Positions 30,498-40,098 of a stretch of DNA of 64,000 nt are shown one piece after another. This stretch comes from Gemmatimonadota bacterium (GTDB lineage: Bacteria > Gemmatimonadota > Gemmatimonadetes > Palauibacterales > Palauibacteraceae). The first letter of the stretch is position 1. Every line of letters starts with the position of its first letter. Below the pieces are notes generated by a model. It did not search any database. It was not told the origin of the DNA and saw only the letters and a program-made list of their open reading frames with translations. The stretch lies in contig OY762926.1 of the NCBI GenBank assembly GCA_963666735.1, forward strand, positions 2,048,001 to 2,112,000. The letters are read 5' to 3'. A program made the translations under genes and the position numbers.

Positions 30498-31694
30498 CTA
30501 CTGGTCGCCGCGCGGCCAGGGCGGCCCCTGGTGCTCGGCCGGCACCGGACCCATGCCCATGTACACGAACTTCTGGACGCGCTTCCCCTCGTAGGTCTCG
30601 GTCGTGTAGATGTTGCCGTTCGAGTCGGTCGCAATGCTGTGAACCGCGAAGAACTGGCCCGGCTGCCGGCCGCCGTCGCCGAAGCTGGTCAGGATCTCGA
30701 GCGAGGCGCGGTCCATGATGTAGACCCGCATGTTCTTCCCGTCGGCCACGTACATGTACTGCTGCTCCGGGTCGCGCGAGAAGGCGATGTCCCACGTGGA
30801 GCCGTCGCCCAGCGTGCGCGGCGCGATCCGCACCTCGTCGACGTAGGTGCCGTCCGTCTGGAAGACCTGGATGCGGTCGTTGGGACGGTCGCACACGTAG
30901 ACGAGGCCGTCGAGCGCAGGCTCGGCACAGTGCACGGGCGTCCGGAACTGCTGGATGAGCGGCGCATCCGGGTCGTAGGGCGGCGTGCGCGTATCGTCGG
31001 GCGCGTTCCCGTACGCGCCCCAGTAGCGCTTGAAGGCGCCGGTCGAGGCGTCGAGCACGGCAACGCGGCGGCCGCCGTAGCCGTCCGCGAGATAGGCCTC
31101 GTTGGCCGCAGCGTCGAAGGCGAGCTTCGCCACGCGGTTGAAGCGCGTCTCGCTGTGGCTGTCGGGCTCCGGACCCGCTTCCGGCTCGCCGTAGGAGGCC
31201 AGGAACTCGCCATCGCGGGAGAACTTCAGGACGTGCGTGTCGTTCGGCCCGTTGCCGCCGATCCACAGGTTGTCCATGTGGTCGACGGTGATCCCGTGGT
31301 TCGAGCCGGGCCACACGTAGTCCTCGGAGGGGCCTCCCCACGCGTTGACGAGATTGCCCTCGGGATCGAACTCGAGCACGGGGGGGGCGGCCCGGCAGCA
31401 CTCGCCGATCGGCGGGTCCGCGTCGGCGCCGCCCTCGGTGCGCTCGGTGAGGTTGCCGCGGTGGACGATGAAGACGTGGTCGCGCGAGTCCACGCCCACC
31501 CCGATGGCCGAGCCGAGCACCCAGTGATCCGGCAACGGTTTCGGCCAGAACGGGTCCACCTCGAACATCGGCGCCTCGACGCCCTGTCCCTCGCTCGCCT
31601 GAGCCCCGTCGTCCATGGCCGCCTGGCCGCAGGCCAGCGCGAGGGCGATGCCCGCGACCACACCGAAGATGAGGGTTCGCCGCTTCCCGTTCAT
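30498..31694 (-). CDS. NHL-repeat lipoprotein, PAL-like (paralog 1)
   Basis: Same motifs; highly similar end-to-end to the downstream paralog. Confidence 0.8.
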   Translation of the reverse strand: MNGKRRTLIFGVVAGIALALACGQAAMDDGAQASEGQGVEAPMFEVDPFWPKPLPDHWVLGSAIGVGVDSRDHVFIVHRGNLTERTEGGADADPPIGECCRAAPPVLEFDPEGNLVNAWGGPSEDYVWPGSNHGITVDHMDNLWIGGNGPNDTHVLKFSRDGEFLASYGEPEAGPEPDSHSETRFNRVAKLAFDAAANEAYLADGYGGRRVAVLDASTGAFKRYWGAYGNAPDDTRTPPYDPDAPLIQQFRTPVHCAEPALDGLVYVCDRPNDRIQVFQTDGTYVDEVRIAPRTLGDGSTWDIAFSRDPEQQYMYVADGKNMRVYIMDRASLEILTSFGDGGRQPGQFFAVHSIATDSNGNIYTTETYEGKRVQKFVYMGMGPVPAEHQGPPWPRGDQ

Positions 31695-31886
31695 GGCTGT
31701 CGCTCCTTGCGGATCCTGAGTCGCTGCCGAGTCGCCCGGTCCTGATTATTTGTGGATCAGTTCACGCTACAGATGCCGTTCGCATTCGTCCAGAGAGCGG
31801 CCGGGGTCGACGGCGGGAGCCAGCCGCGCCATCGTGCGGGCGGACGAGGGGTGCTTTCCCAACCTCCCGGAGTTCGGGGATCGCGG

Positions 31887-33326
31887 ATGAAGCGAGGTAA
31901 CAGACGCCGTCCGACCCGGCGCACAGCGTCATTGATGGGGTGCGTCCTCGCTCTATACGGCCTGACGAGTCTCGCCGGCGCGGCGCGGGCGGCGCCGGAC
32001 CGCACGGCCGAACGGGACGCGCCGGATCGGACGGCTGCGGCGGTCCCCGCCCTTCCGCACGAGATTCCGGCGGACGTCACCGTACAGGCCTTCGTCACGC
32101 CGGAGGGAGGGCGGCTTCGCTTTCTCGTCCGGGCGCCGCTGGAGGCCATGCGGGACATCGAGTTTCCGCGCTACGGCCTGGGCTACCTCGATATCGAGGC
32201 GGCCGGGCCCTTCCTCGTCGACGCGGCGCAGCTATGGCTCGCCGACTACGTGACCTTCTTCGAGGAGGACCGGCGGCTCGCGCCGCCCCGGATTATCGCG
32301 ACGCGGGTCTCGCTCCCCTCGGATCGTTCCTTCGCCAGGTACGAGACGGCCCTGGCGCACTTCGACGACCCGCCGCTCGACCCCTCGCTGCAGCTTCCGT
32401 GGCGTCAGGCCCTGCTCGATGTTCTGCTGGAGTACGATATCGATTCGGACGAGTCCCGTTTCTCGATCGATCCGGCGTTCGCCCACCTCGGCCTGCGGAC
32501 GGTCACGGTGCTGCGCCTTCGACCGCCGGACCGGCCGGAGCGCGTCTTCCAGTACGCCGGCGACCCTGGGCTCGTGCGGCTTGATCCGCGCTGGCACCAG
32601 GCGGCGCTGCGCTTCGTGTCGCTCGGTTTCACGCACATCCTGGACGGAATCGATCACCTGCTCTTCCTCCTCTGTCTCGTCATCCCCCTGCGGACGCTGT
32701 GGGGCCTGGTTCCGGTCATCACGTCCTTCACGATCGCGCACTCGATCACACTCATCGCCTCCGCCTTCGGGATCGCGCCGCGGGCGCTCTGGTTCCCGCC
32801 GCTGATCGAGACCCTGATCGCGCTCTCGATCGTCTACATGGCGCTCGAGAACATCGTCGGCGCCAAGCCGCGGAAACGCTGGCTGCTCGCGTTCGGGTTC
32901 GGACTCGTGCACGGCTTCGGCTTTTCGTTCGCGCTCAGCGAATCGCTGCAGTTCGCGGGCGGGCACCTGCTCACCTCCCTGCTCGCCTTCAACGTGGGGG
33001 TGGAACTGGGGCAGCTGGTCGTGGTCGCCGTCGCGGTGCCGGTGGTCGAACTGCTCTTCCGCAAGGTGGTCGCGGAGCGCATGGGGACGATCATCGGGTC
33101 GGCGCTGCTCGCGCACACAGGGTGGCACTGGATGACGGACCGGGGCTCCGACCTGCTGGCCTACCGCTTCACGTGGCCCGCCTTCGACGGAGCGCTCGCC
33201 GCCGCGCTCATGCGCTGGGGGGCGCTGGCGCTCATCGTCGTGGGCGCGGCGTGGGCGATCAGCGGGCCCTTCGGCAAGCTGGCGGCGAAAGCGAAGGGGG
33301 GTGGACGGACCGCTCTGGCGGAGTAG
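31887..33326 (+). CDS. HupE/UreJ-family membrane protein with periplasmic N-terminal domain
   Basis: LGFTHILDGIDHLLFL, TSFTIAHSITL, FGLVHGFGF, FNVGVELGQ; start approximate. Confidence 0.85.
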   Translation: MKRGNRRRPTRRTASLMGCVLALYGLTSLAGAARAAPDRTAERDAPDRTAAAVPALPHEIPADVTVQAFVTPEGGRLRFLVRAPLEAMRDIEFPRYGLGYLDIEAAGPFLVDAAQLWLADYVTFFEEDRRLAPPRIIATRVSLPSDRSFARYETALAHFDDPPLDPSLQLPWRQALLDVLLEYDIDSDESRFSIDPAFAHLGLRTVTVLRLRPPDRPERVFQYAGDPGLVRLDPRWHQAALRFVSLGFTHILDGIDHLLFLLCLVIPLRTLWGLVPVITSFTIAHSITLIASAFGIAPRALWFPPLIETLIALSIVYMALENIVGAKPRKRWLLAFGFGLVHGFGFSFALSESLQFAGGHLLTSLLAFNVGVELGQLVVVAVAVPVVELLFRKVVAERMGTIIGSALLAHTGWHWMTDRGSDLLAYRFTWPAFDGALAAALMRWGALALIVVGAAWAISGPFGKLAAKAKGGGRTALAE

Positions 33327-33434
33327 CCCGTCTCGAGACGCCCCCATGCGCCGCTTGCCCGTTTTGCCGGTCACGTCCCATCGTCCCCGCCCGACATGAC
33401 GCGGATGGCGCGAACCGGAAGCACAGGAGGATGG

Positions 33435-34460
33435 ATGCGGAAGACAAGGCGAATCGGACTCATCGCGGCACTCTCGCTCACGGCGGCCGCTACGGGCGCG
33501 GGCGCGCTCGCGGCGCAGTTGACGGCGCCGAACCCGTACATGGCCATGGACGGCTGGGGGCAGCTTCCCGGCGGACGCGGCTGGGGCGCGACCAGCGCCG
33601 TCTACCCGGCCCCGGACGGGGAACACATCTGGGTGGGCGAGCGATGCGGCGCGAACCTGTGCGTCGAGAGCGATGTCGACCCGATCCTGCTCTTCGACAC
33701 GGAGGGGAACCTGGTGCGGAGCTTCGGCTCGGGGATGATCGCCTGGCCGCACGGGATGTTCGTCGAGGAGGACGGCAGCGTGTGGGTCGCCGACGCCGTG
33801 GGATACGCTCCGGTGCCGGACGGCTGGGGCCACGTGATCTACAAGTTCAGCCCCGAGGGCGAGGTCCTGATGACGCTCGGCGAGAAGGGCGTGGCGGGCG
33901 ACGGCCCGGACCACTTCAACAAGCCCTCGGACATCCTCGTGGCGCCCGGCGGCAGCATCTTCGTCGCGGACGGACACGACGCGGGCGGCAACAACCGCAT
34001 CGTGAAGTTCGCGCCCGATGGCGCCTTCCTCATGGAGTGGGGGCGCATGGGCACGGCGAACGGCGAGTTCCGCGATCCGCACGCGCTCGCCATGGACTCG
34101 CAGGGACGCTTGTTCGTCGGCGACCGCGGCAACAGCCGTGTCCAGATCTTCGACCAAGAGGGGAACCACCTCGAGACCTGGTACCAGTTCGGACGTCCGA
34201 GCGGGCTGTTCATCGACGAGAACGATGTCCTCTACTCGACGGATTCGGAGTCGAACGCGCGCCGCAACAAGGGGTGGCTGCGCGGGATCTACATCGGCGA
34301 CGCGGCGACGGGTTGGGTGACGGCCTTCATCCCGGATCCGGAGCCCAATCAGGATGCGTCGGGCACGAGCGGGGCGGAGGGCATCGCGGTCGACGCTCAT
34401 GGCAACCTCTACGGGGCCGAGGTCGGCCCCCGGCAGATGCGGAAGTACGTCCGGCGCTAG
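33435..34460 (+). CDS. Secreted NHL-repeat protein, PAL-family variant
   Basis: AGGAGG SD, signal peptide, WPHGM, FNKPSDI, VADGH, PHALAMD, VGDRGNSRVQIFD. Confidence 0.82.
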   Translation: MRKTRRIGLIAALSLTAAATGAGALAAQLTAPNPYMAMDGWGQLPGGRGWGATSAVYPAPDGEHIWVGERCGANLCVESDVDPILLFDTEGNLVRSFGSGMIAWPHGMFVEEDGSVWVADAVGYAPVPDGWGHVIYKFSPEGEVLMTLGEKGVAGDGPDHFNKPSDILVAPGGSIFVADGHDAGGNNRIVKFAPDGAFLMEWGRMGTANGEFRDPHALAMDSQGRLFVGDRGNSRVQIFDQEGNHLETWYQFGRPSGLFIDENDVLYSTDSESNARRNKGWLRGIYIGDAATGWVTAFIPDPEPNQDASGTSGAEGIAVDAHGNLYGAEVGPRQMRKYVRR

Positions 34461-34527
34461 CAAACCGCGGGTGTGCGGGCGACGTGCCGGGCGAACGGCA
34501 CGAAGAAACCGGGACAGGAGTATTGAA

Positions 34528-35202
34528 ATGAGACGCACAGCGAGCCTTCTTGCCCTCCTGTTCGCGTTCGGCGCGGGCGGAGCGGCGGCGCAGGACGAGA
34601 ACATCAGCTTCTTCATCACCAGTTCGAATCCGGGGGACGGCGCGGATCTCGGCGGTCTCGACGGCGCGGACGCGTACTGCGAGACGCTGGCCGAGGCGGC
34701 GGGTCTGCCCGACCGCATGTGGCGGGCCTACCTCAGCACGACGGGAGCGGGTGGCGTGAACGCTCGCGACCGGATCGGAGACGGGCCGTGGTACAACCAC
34801 GCGGGCACGATGATCGCCCGCGATGTCGAACACCTGCACAGCAACGGCCCGAACCTGACCAAGGCCACGATCCTCACGGAGAATGGCGATGAGGTGAACG
34901 GCCGGGGCGACCAGCCGAACCAGCACGACATCCTCACCGGGTCCCTCATGAACGGCATGGCCTCGGACACGGACGGGGACACGACGTGCAGCAACTGGAC
35001 GTCGGGCGGCGAGGGCAGCGCGCTCGTCGGGCACCACGACCGCACGGGTGGCGGCCAGAACCCGACTTCCTGGAACGAGGCTCACGGATCGCGGGGCTGC
35101 AGCCTCGAGAATCTGCGCGGGACCGGCGGTGACGGGCGCTTCTACTGCTTCGCCACGGACGGGCCGAGCGGGGGCGACGTGCTGCGCCGGCGGGAGCGGT
35201 AA
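34528..35202 (+). CDS. Secreted endostatin/C-type-lectin-fold-like protein
   Basis: Signal peptide, LGGLDGADAYC, WRAYLS, NARDRIG.GPWYN, TCSNWTS, FYCFA. Confidence 0.75.
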   Translation: MRRTASLLALLFAFGAGGAAAQDENISFFITSSNPGDGADLGGLDGADAYCETLAEAAGLPDRMWRAYLSTTGAGGVNARDRIGDGPWYNHAGTMIARDVEHLHSNGPNLTKATILTENGDEVNGRGDQPNQHDILTGSLMNGMASDTDGDTTCSNWTSGGEGSALVGHHDRTGGGQNPTSWNEAHGSRGCSLENLRGTGGDGRFYCFATDGPSGGDVLRRRER

Positions 35203-35208
35203 GCCGAC

Positions 35209-36750
35209 CTGGCAGCCGGGTCGTGCGATGTCCTGGTCGTCGGCGGCGGGCCGGCGGGCTGCGCCGCCGCGGCGTCGCTGGCGCGGCGCGGGCATGATGT
35301 CGCGCTGATCACACGGCCGGCCCCGCCGGCGAAATGGCTCGCCGAGTCGATCCCGGGGTCGGCGAGAAAGCTCCTTGAACGCGTGGGAGCGCTGGACGCG
35401 CTGGACGCGGCGGGCCTCGTGCCGAACGAAGGCAACACCGTGTGGTGGGCCGGGATGCCCCGCCGGGAAGAACGGTTCGGTGCGCCCGGGCGCGGCTTCC
35501 ACGCGGAGCGGGCGGCGTTGGAGACCGCCTTTCACGGCGTGGCCCTCGGGGCGGGCGCGCGCCTGACGACGGACGGGCCCGTGGTCGAGACGGCCGTCGA
35601 GCCCGACGGCTGGCGCGTGGCCACTTCGACCGCGCGCTACCGCGCCCGCTGGGTGCTCGACGCGTCCGGCCGGGCCGGGGTGCTCGCGCGGCGCGGCCTT
35701 CGAACGCGCGAACGCGGGATCGCCACGCTCGCGCTCGTCGGCCGCTGGACCTCGGACCGCGGCCACGCCCCGCCGGACCCCGGCTGTACGCTGATCGAGA
35801 GCTACCGGGATGGGTGGGCATGGTCGGTGCCGACCTCGCGGCGTACCCGCTGCGTCACGGCGATGGTCGACCCGCGCCGCACGCGCCTGGCGCGCGAACG
35901 GGGCCTCGACGGCATGTGGCGCGCCGAACTGGCCAAGGCGGCGCGGCTCGGCCAGCGCCTCGAAGGAGGTCGGCTCGACGGGCCCGTGCGCGCATGCCCC
36001 GCGTCGCTCTACGGGGCGACCTCGCACGGCCGGCCGGGCCTGCTCCTCGTCGGCGACGCCGGCTCGTTCATCGACCCTCTCTCCTCGTACGGCGTCAAGA
36101 AGGCGCTCGCCTCCGCCTGGCTCGCCGCGGTCGTGACCCATACCGGGCTTGAGGACGACGCCATGGCCGGACCGGCCTGCGCGTTGTACGACGATCGGGA
36201 ACGCGAGGTGTACCGCACCTACCGGGCATTGTCCGTCCCCTTCTTCGAGCAGGCCGCCGCCGCGAACGGTCACGCGTTCTGGGAGGTCCGCCTGGCCGCG
36301 GCCCGGGAAGCGGGCGCGGACATCCCGGGGCCCGACCCGGCGCCCGGAACGCCCGCGGTGTCGGAACCGGGAGACCGCTCGCTCGCCGAACGCCGGGCCG
36401 ACGCCTTCCTGGCGCGCCCCGAGGTGCGGACGGCGTGGGAGACGATCCGCTCGCTGCCGGCCGTGCACCTCCGCCCGGCGGCGGGACTCTCCAGCGTACG
36501 CCGACCCGCCGTGGTCGACGGCCGGATCGCCCTCGAGGCCCACCTCATCTCCGGCCGGATCCCGGACGGCGCGCGCTACGTGCGCAACGTCGACCTCCGG
36601 CGGCTCGTGGAGGTCGCGCCGGAGTCCGATCAGGTCCCGGACCTGTTCGAGGCGTACAACCGGCGCGAGACGGCCGTGGGGCTCCCGGACTTTCTGGCCG
36701 CCCTCTCCTTCGCCGTGGGCGCAGGCTTCCTCGAGCTCGCCGACCCGTGA
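35209..36750 (+). CDS. qhpG: FAD-dependent monooxygenase/halogenase-like protein, probable QhpG (CTQ biosynthesis)
   Basis: In-frame DVLVVGGGPAG (upstream of first canonical start), LAESIP, LDASGR, GWAWSVP, VGDAGSFIDPLSSYGV; immediately upstream of qhpA; start inferred. Confidence 0.7.
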   Translation: MAAGSCDVLVVGGGPAGCAAAASLARRGHDVALITRPAPPAKWLAESIPGSARKLLERVGALDALDAAGLVPNEGNTVWWAGMPRREERFGAPGRGFHAERAALETAFHGVALGAGARLTTDGPVVETAVEPDGWRVATSTARYRARWVLDASGRAGVLARRGLRTRERGIATLALVGRWTSDRGHAPPDPGCTLIESYRDGWAWSVPTSRRTRCVTAMVDPRRTRLARERGLDGMWRAELAKAARLGQRLEGGRLDGPVRACPASLYGATSHGRPGLLLVGDAGSFIDPLSSYGVKKALASAWLAAVVTHTGLEDDAMAGPACALYDDREREVYRTYRALSVPFFEQAAAANGHAFWEVRLAAAREAGADIPGPDPAPGTPAVSEPGDRSLAERRADAFLARPEVRTAWETIRSLPAVHLRPAAGLSSVRRPAVVDGRIALEAHLISGRIPDGARYVRNVDLRRLVEVAPESDQVPDLFEAYNRRETAVGLPDFLAALSFAVGAGFLELADP

Positions 36751-36864
36751 CGGTTCGGCCGGCGGGCGGCCGGCGAGTGGCCGGCGGACGAGCGGAAGGC
36801 CCCTTTCGGGGTGGCGCGGCCGCACCGATTAGCGCACAATTGACCGGTTCGGAATGGAGGATGG

Positions 36865-38613
36865 ATGAGACGCGAAGCGACGACGCGACGGGCACTTGAC
36901 CGACTGCCGGCGGCCGGAATGGTCGTCGGTGCGCTCGTTTTCCTCTTCCTCGGCGCGCGCGTGCTTCCTCCGGTCCCGGGCATGCCCTCGGCCCCGGCCG
37001 CCCTCAATTCGGCGCAGGCCGACGACGAGGGCTACCCGATCGGCCACGAGATCATCATCCGTCGCTGTCAGCGCTGTCACGAGCGCGATGACGAAGGGCG
37101 GATGACGCGGATCTCCTACGAACGGAAGACCCCGGAAGGGTGGCAGACATCCGTCCGCCGCATGATGGCGCTCAACGATGTCTCCCTCGGCCCCGACGAG
37201 GCGCGCGAGGTCGTGCGCTATCTCTCCAACCGGCAGGGTCTCGCTCCGGAGGAACTCGAGCCCGGCCGCTTCGAAGTCGAACGCCGCCTCATCGAACACG
37301 TGTACGAGGCGGACCGCGACGTCGAGAACACCTGCATCCAGTGCCACAGCATGGGCCGCGTCATCACCCAGCGACGCACGCGCGAGGAGTGGGAACTCCT
37401 CATGGCGACGCACCGCGGCCTCTACCCGCTCGTCGACTTCCAGGGCTTCCAGCGCGGGGGCGACGGACCTCAGCCGGTGGACGAGGCGATCGATCATCTT
37501 TCCGAGGCCTTCCCGCTCGAGACGCCCGAATGGTCCGCCTGGGCGGCCTCCATGCGCACGCCGCGCCTCGCCGGCACGTGGGCGCTGGCGGGGTTCGAGC
37601 CCGGGAAGGGCCGGATCTTCGGCACCGTGGAGATCTCCGCCGGCGACGCGCCCGACGAATTCCGCTCCCGCGCTTCGTACACGTACGCGGAGTCGGGGCG
37701 GGAGGTGAGCCGCAGCGGACAGTCCATCGTCTACACCGGCTACCAGTGGCGGGGACGGTCGAATCCCGGCGGAGCGGACGAGTTGCGGGAAGTCATGACC
37801 GTGGACCGCGGATGGCGTGAGATGACGGGCCGCTGGTTCACCGGCGCGTACGATGAGTTCGGCCCCGACGTCACGCTCACGCGCGCAAGCGGGAGCCCCG
37901 TCGTATCGGGCGTACACCCCCGCGCGATCCGGACCGGCGCCTCGTCCACCGAACTCCGGGTCCACGGCATCGACCTTCCGGCGAATCCCGACGCGACGGA
38001 CTTCGATTTTGGGCCCGGCGTCCGGGTCGAGTCCGCGGCGGGCGGCGATGGAAGCCAGATCACGCTTCGCCTCTCGGTCGATGAGGATGCGGCGGTCGGG
38101 GGGCGCGATCTCTTTGTGCGCGGCATGAGCCTGGCGGGCGCGATTCAGGTCCATGACGGAGTGGACCGCCTCGAGGTGACGCCGCGCGCGGGCATGGCCC
38201 GGATCGGCGGCGCGAACTTCCCGAAGGGGTATCAGCCCTACGACGCGATCGGGTGGGACGACGGCCCCGACGGCGAGCCGAACACGGAGGACGATCTCCG
38301 GCTGGGGCGGGTGCCGGTGAGCTGGAGCATGGAGGAGTACACGGCCACCTTCGACGACGACGACATCCAGTACGTCGGCGCGCTGGGGCCGGACGGGATC
38401 TTCACCCCCGCCATCGACGGTCCGAACTCCAGTCGCGAGGGCAGCCGAAACAACATCGGCGACGTGTGGGTCGTCGCGACGTACGCGGGTACCGGCGCGG
38501 ATCCGGCTGACGCCGGCAGTCTCCGCGCCCGCGCCCACCTCATCGTCACGGTGCCGCTGTATCTCAAGTTCGACCCGTGGCAGGGCGTTCCAACGGGGAG
38601 GCTGGTGCCGTGA
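36865..38613 (+). CDS. qhpA: Quinohemoprotein amine dehydrogenase alpha subunit
   Basis: Two heme c motifs (CQRCH, CIQCH), RISYERKTPEGW, VYTGYQWRG, MARIGG, GPDG.PNTEDD, NNIGD, LIVTVP. Confidence 0.93.
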   Translation: MRREATTRRALDRLPAAGMVVGALVFLFLGARVLPPVPGMPSAPAALNSAQADDEGYPIGHEIIIRRCQRCHERDDEGRMTRISYERKTPEGWQTSVRRMMALNDVSLGPDEAREVVRYLSNRQGLAPEELEPGRFEVERRLIEHVYEADRDVENTCIQCHSMGRVITQRRTREEWELLMATHRGLYPLVDFQGFQRGGDGPQPVDEAIDHLSEAFPLETPEWSAWAASMRTPRLAGTWALAGFEPGKGRIFGTVEISAGDAPDEFRSRASYTYAESGREVSRSGQSIVYTGYQWRGRSNPGGADELREVMTVDRGWREMTGRWFTGAYDEFGPDVTLTRASGSPVVSGVHPRAIRTGASSTELRVHGIDLPANPDATDFDFGPGVRVESAAGGDGSQITLRLSVDEDAAVGGRDLFVRGMSLAGAIQVHDGVDRLEVTPRAGMARIGGANFPKGYQPYDAIGWDDGPDGEPNTEDDLRLGRVPVSWSMEEYTATFDDDDIQYVGALGPDGIFTPAIDGPNSSREGSRNNIGDVWVVATYAGTGADPADAGSLRARAHLIVTVPLYLKFDPWQGVPTGRLVP

Positions 38614-40049
38614 TCAAGCCTGTCGGCCAACTGGCGCTGCGCGAATTCCACGCCTTCGAAGCGGCGGGCGAGCGGTTCCTCTACCTCGTCCCCTCGGCCG
38701 GCATCTTCCGGATCGATGCGGCATCCTCCGCGATCCTCGATCTGCTCAGCTACGGGCCCCGCGCGCCGGGCGAAGTCGTGAACTCCCTCTCGGACCGGTA
38801 TCCCGTCGGCCGGGTGCACGACGGGTTGCTGGAACTCCAGCAGATCCGCGCCATCGGGGAGGCGGGGGCTCCCGCCGAACAAGTCGTCAACGACCTGCCG
38901 CCCGACGGTTTCCCGCTCACGACGATGGTCCTCAACGTCACGAACAAGTGCAATCTCGCGTGCACGTACTGCTACGAGTACGGCGAAGACAAGATCGTCG
39001 ACACCACGTGCACGGACGACCCGAAGTTCATGGGGGACGAGACGGCGCGGGAGAGCGTGGAGTTCCTCCTCAAGGAATCGGGACCGCTCGAAGTCGCGCA
39101 CCTCACCTTCTTCGGAGGAGAGACGCTGCTCAACTTCCCCGTGCTCCAGGACACGGTGGCCTACGCCCGCCGCCGCGCCGGGGAGGAGGGGAAGCGGCTC
39201 GAGTTCAGTCTCACGACGAACGCGACGCTCCTCCGCCCCGACATCATCGAGTGGCTGGCCGACAACGAGATCGGCGTGACCGTCTCCATCGACGGACCGA
39301 AGGAGATGCAGGACCGCATGCGGGTCTTCCACAGCGGCAAGGGCTCCTACGAGACGGTCAAGCCACGGATCAAGGAACTGCTGCGCCGGCACAGGTCGCG
39401 TCCGATCGGCGCGCGCGTCACGCTCACGCGCGAGAACCTCGACATCCATCGCATCTATCGTCACCTGACGGAAGAAATGGGGTTCTGGGAAGTGGGCTTC
39501 GCCCCGGTCACGACCTCCTCCGGACGCGATTACGAGATCGAGGACGAGGGATACGACCGCATGCTGCGCCAGTTCGGCGAGTTGGCGCGCGACTGGCTGG
39601 ATCACGCGGCGGAGAACCGGCACCACGGCTTCTCGAACGTGAAGGACACGCTGGAGGAGATCCACAAGGGCGTGAGCAAGGCGTATCCGTGCGGGGCCGG
39701 GCTCGGGCTGATGGGCGTGACGACGGGCGGCGACGTGGCGCTCTGCCACCGCTTCGCCTACTCGAACGACCACAGCTTCGGGACCGTCACCGAGGGGATC
39801 GACCGGGAGCGGCAGAAGGACTTCCTCGAGGATCACCACATCAAGAACAAGACGGATTGCCACACATGCTGGGCCCGTCCGATCTGCTCGGGCGGCTGCT
39901 ATCACGAGGCGCACACGCGACACGGGGAGACGACGGCGCCCAACCTGCACTTCTGCAACTGGGTGCGGACGTGGACGCACACGTGTCTGGAGATCTACGG
40001 AGAGTTGGCGGAGCGGAACCCGGAGTACCTGGCCCGCTTCGACCATTGA
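38610..40049 (+). CDS. qhpD: Radical SAM/SPASM thioether-forming maturase
   Basis: CNLACTYC, FFGGE, SIDG, PIGARVTL, PCGAG..CHRF, CHTCWARPICSGGCYHE; GTGA overlap with qhpA. Confidence 0.93.
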   Translation: MIKPVGQLALREFHAFEAAGERFLYLVPSAGIFRIDAASSAILDLLSYGPRAPGEVVNSLSDRYPVGRVHDGLLELQQIRAIGEAGAPAEQVVNDLPPDGFPLTTMVLNVTNKCNLACTYCYEYGEDKIVDTTCTDDPKFMGDETARESVEFLLKESGPLEVAHLTFFGGETLLNFPVLQDTVAYARRRAGEEGKRLEFSLTTNATLLRPDIIEWLADNEIGVTVSIDGPKEMQDRMRVFHSGKGSYETVKPRIKELLRRHRSRPIGARVTLTRENLDIHRIYRHLTEEMGFWEVGFAPVTTSSGRDYEIEDEGYDRMLRQFGELARDWLDHAAENRHHGFSNVKDTLEEIHKGVSKAYPCGAGLGLMGVTTGGDVALCHRFAYSNDHSFGTVTEGIDRERQKDFLEDHHIKNKTDCHTCWARPICSGGCYHEAHTRHGETTAPNLHFCNWVRTWTHTCLEIYGELAERNPEYLARFDH

Positions 40050-40098
40050 CGCGGCCGGGCACGGGCCCGGCCGGCCTTCGCATGCGAGGGGGAACGCC

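Noticed and set aside
35209..36750. Flavin-dependent halogenase of a natural-product cluster
   Set aside because: Although W-x-W-x-V-P is present, the position directly before qhpA fits QhpG, which is known to resemble halogenases.
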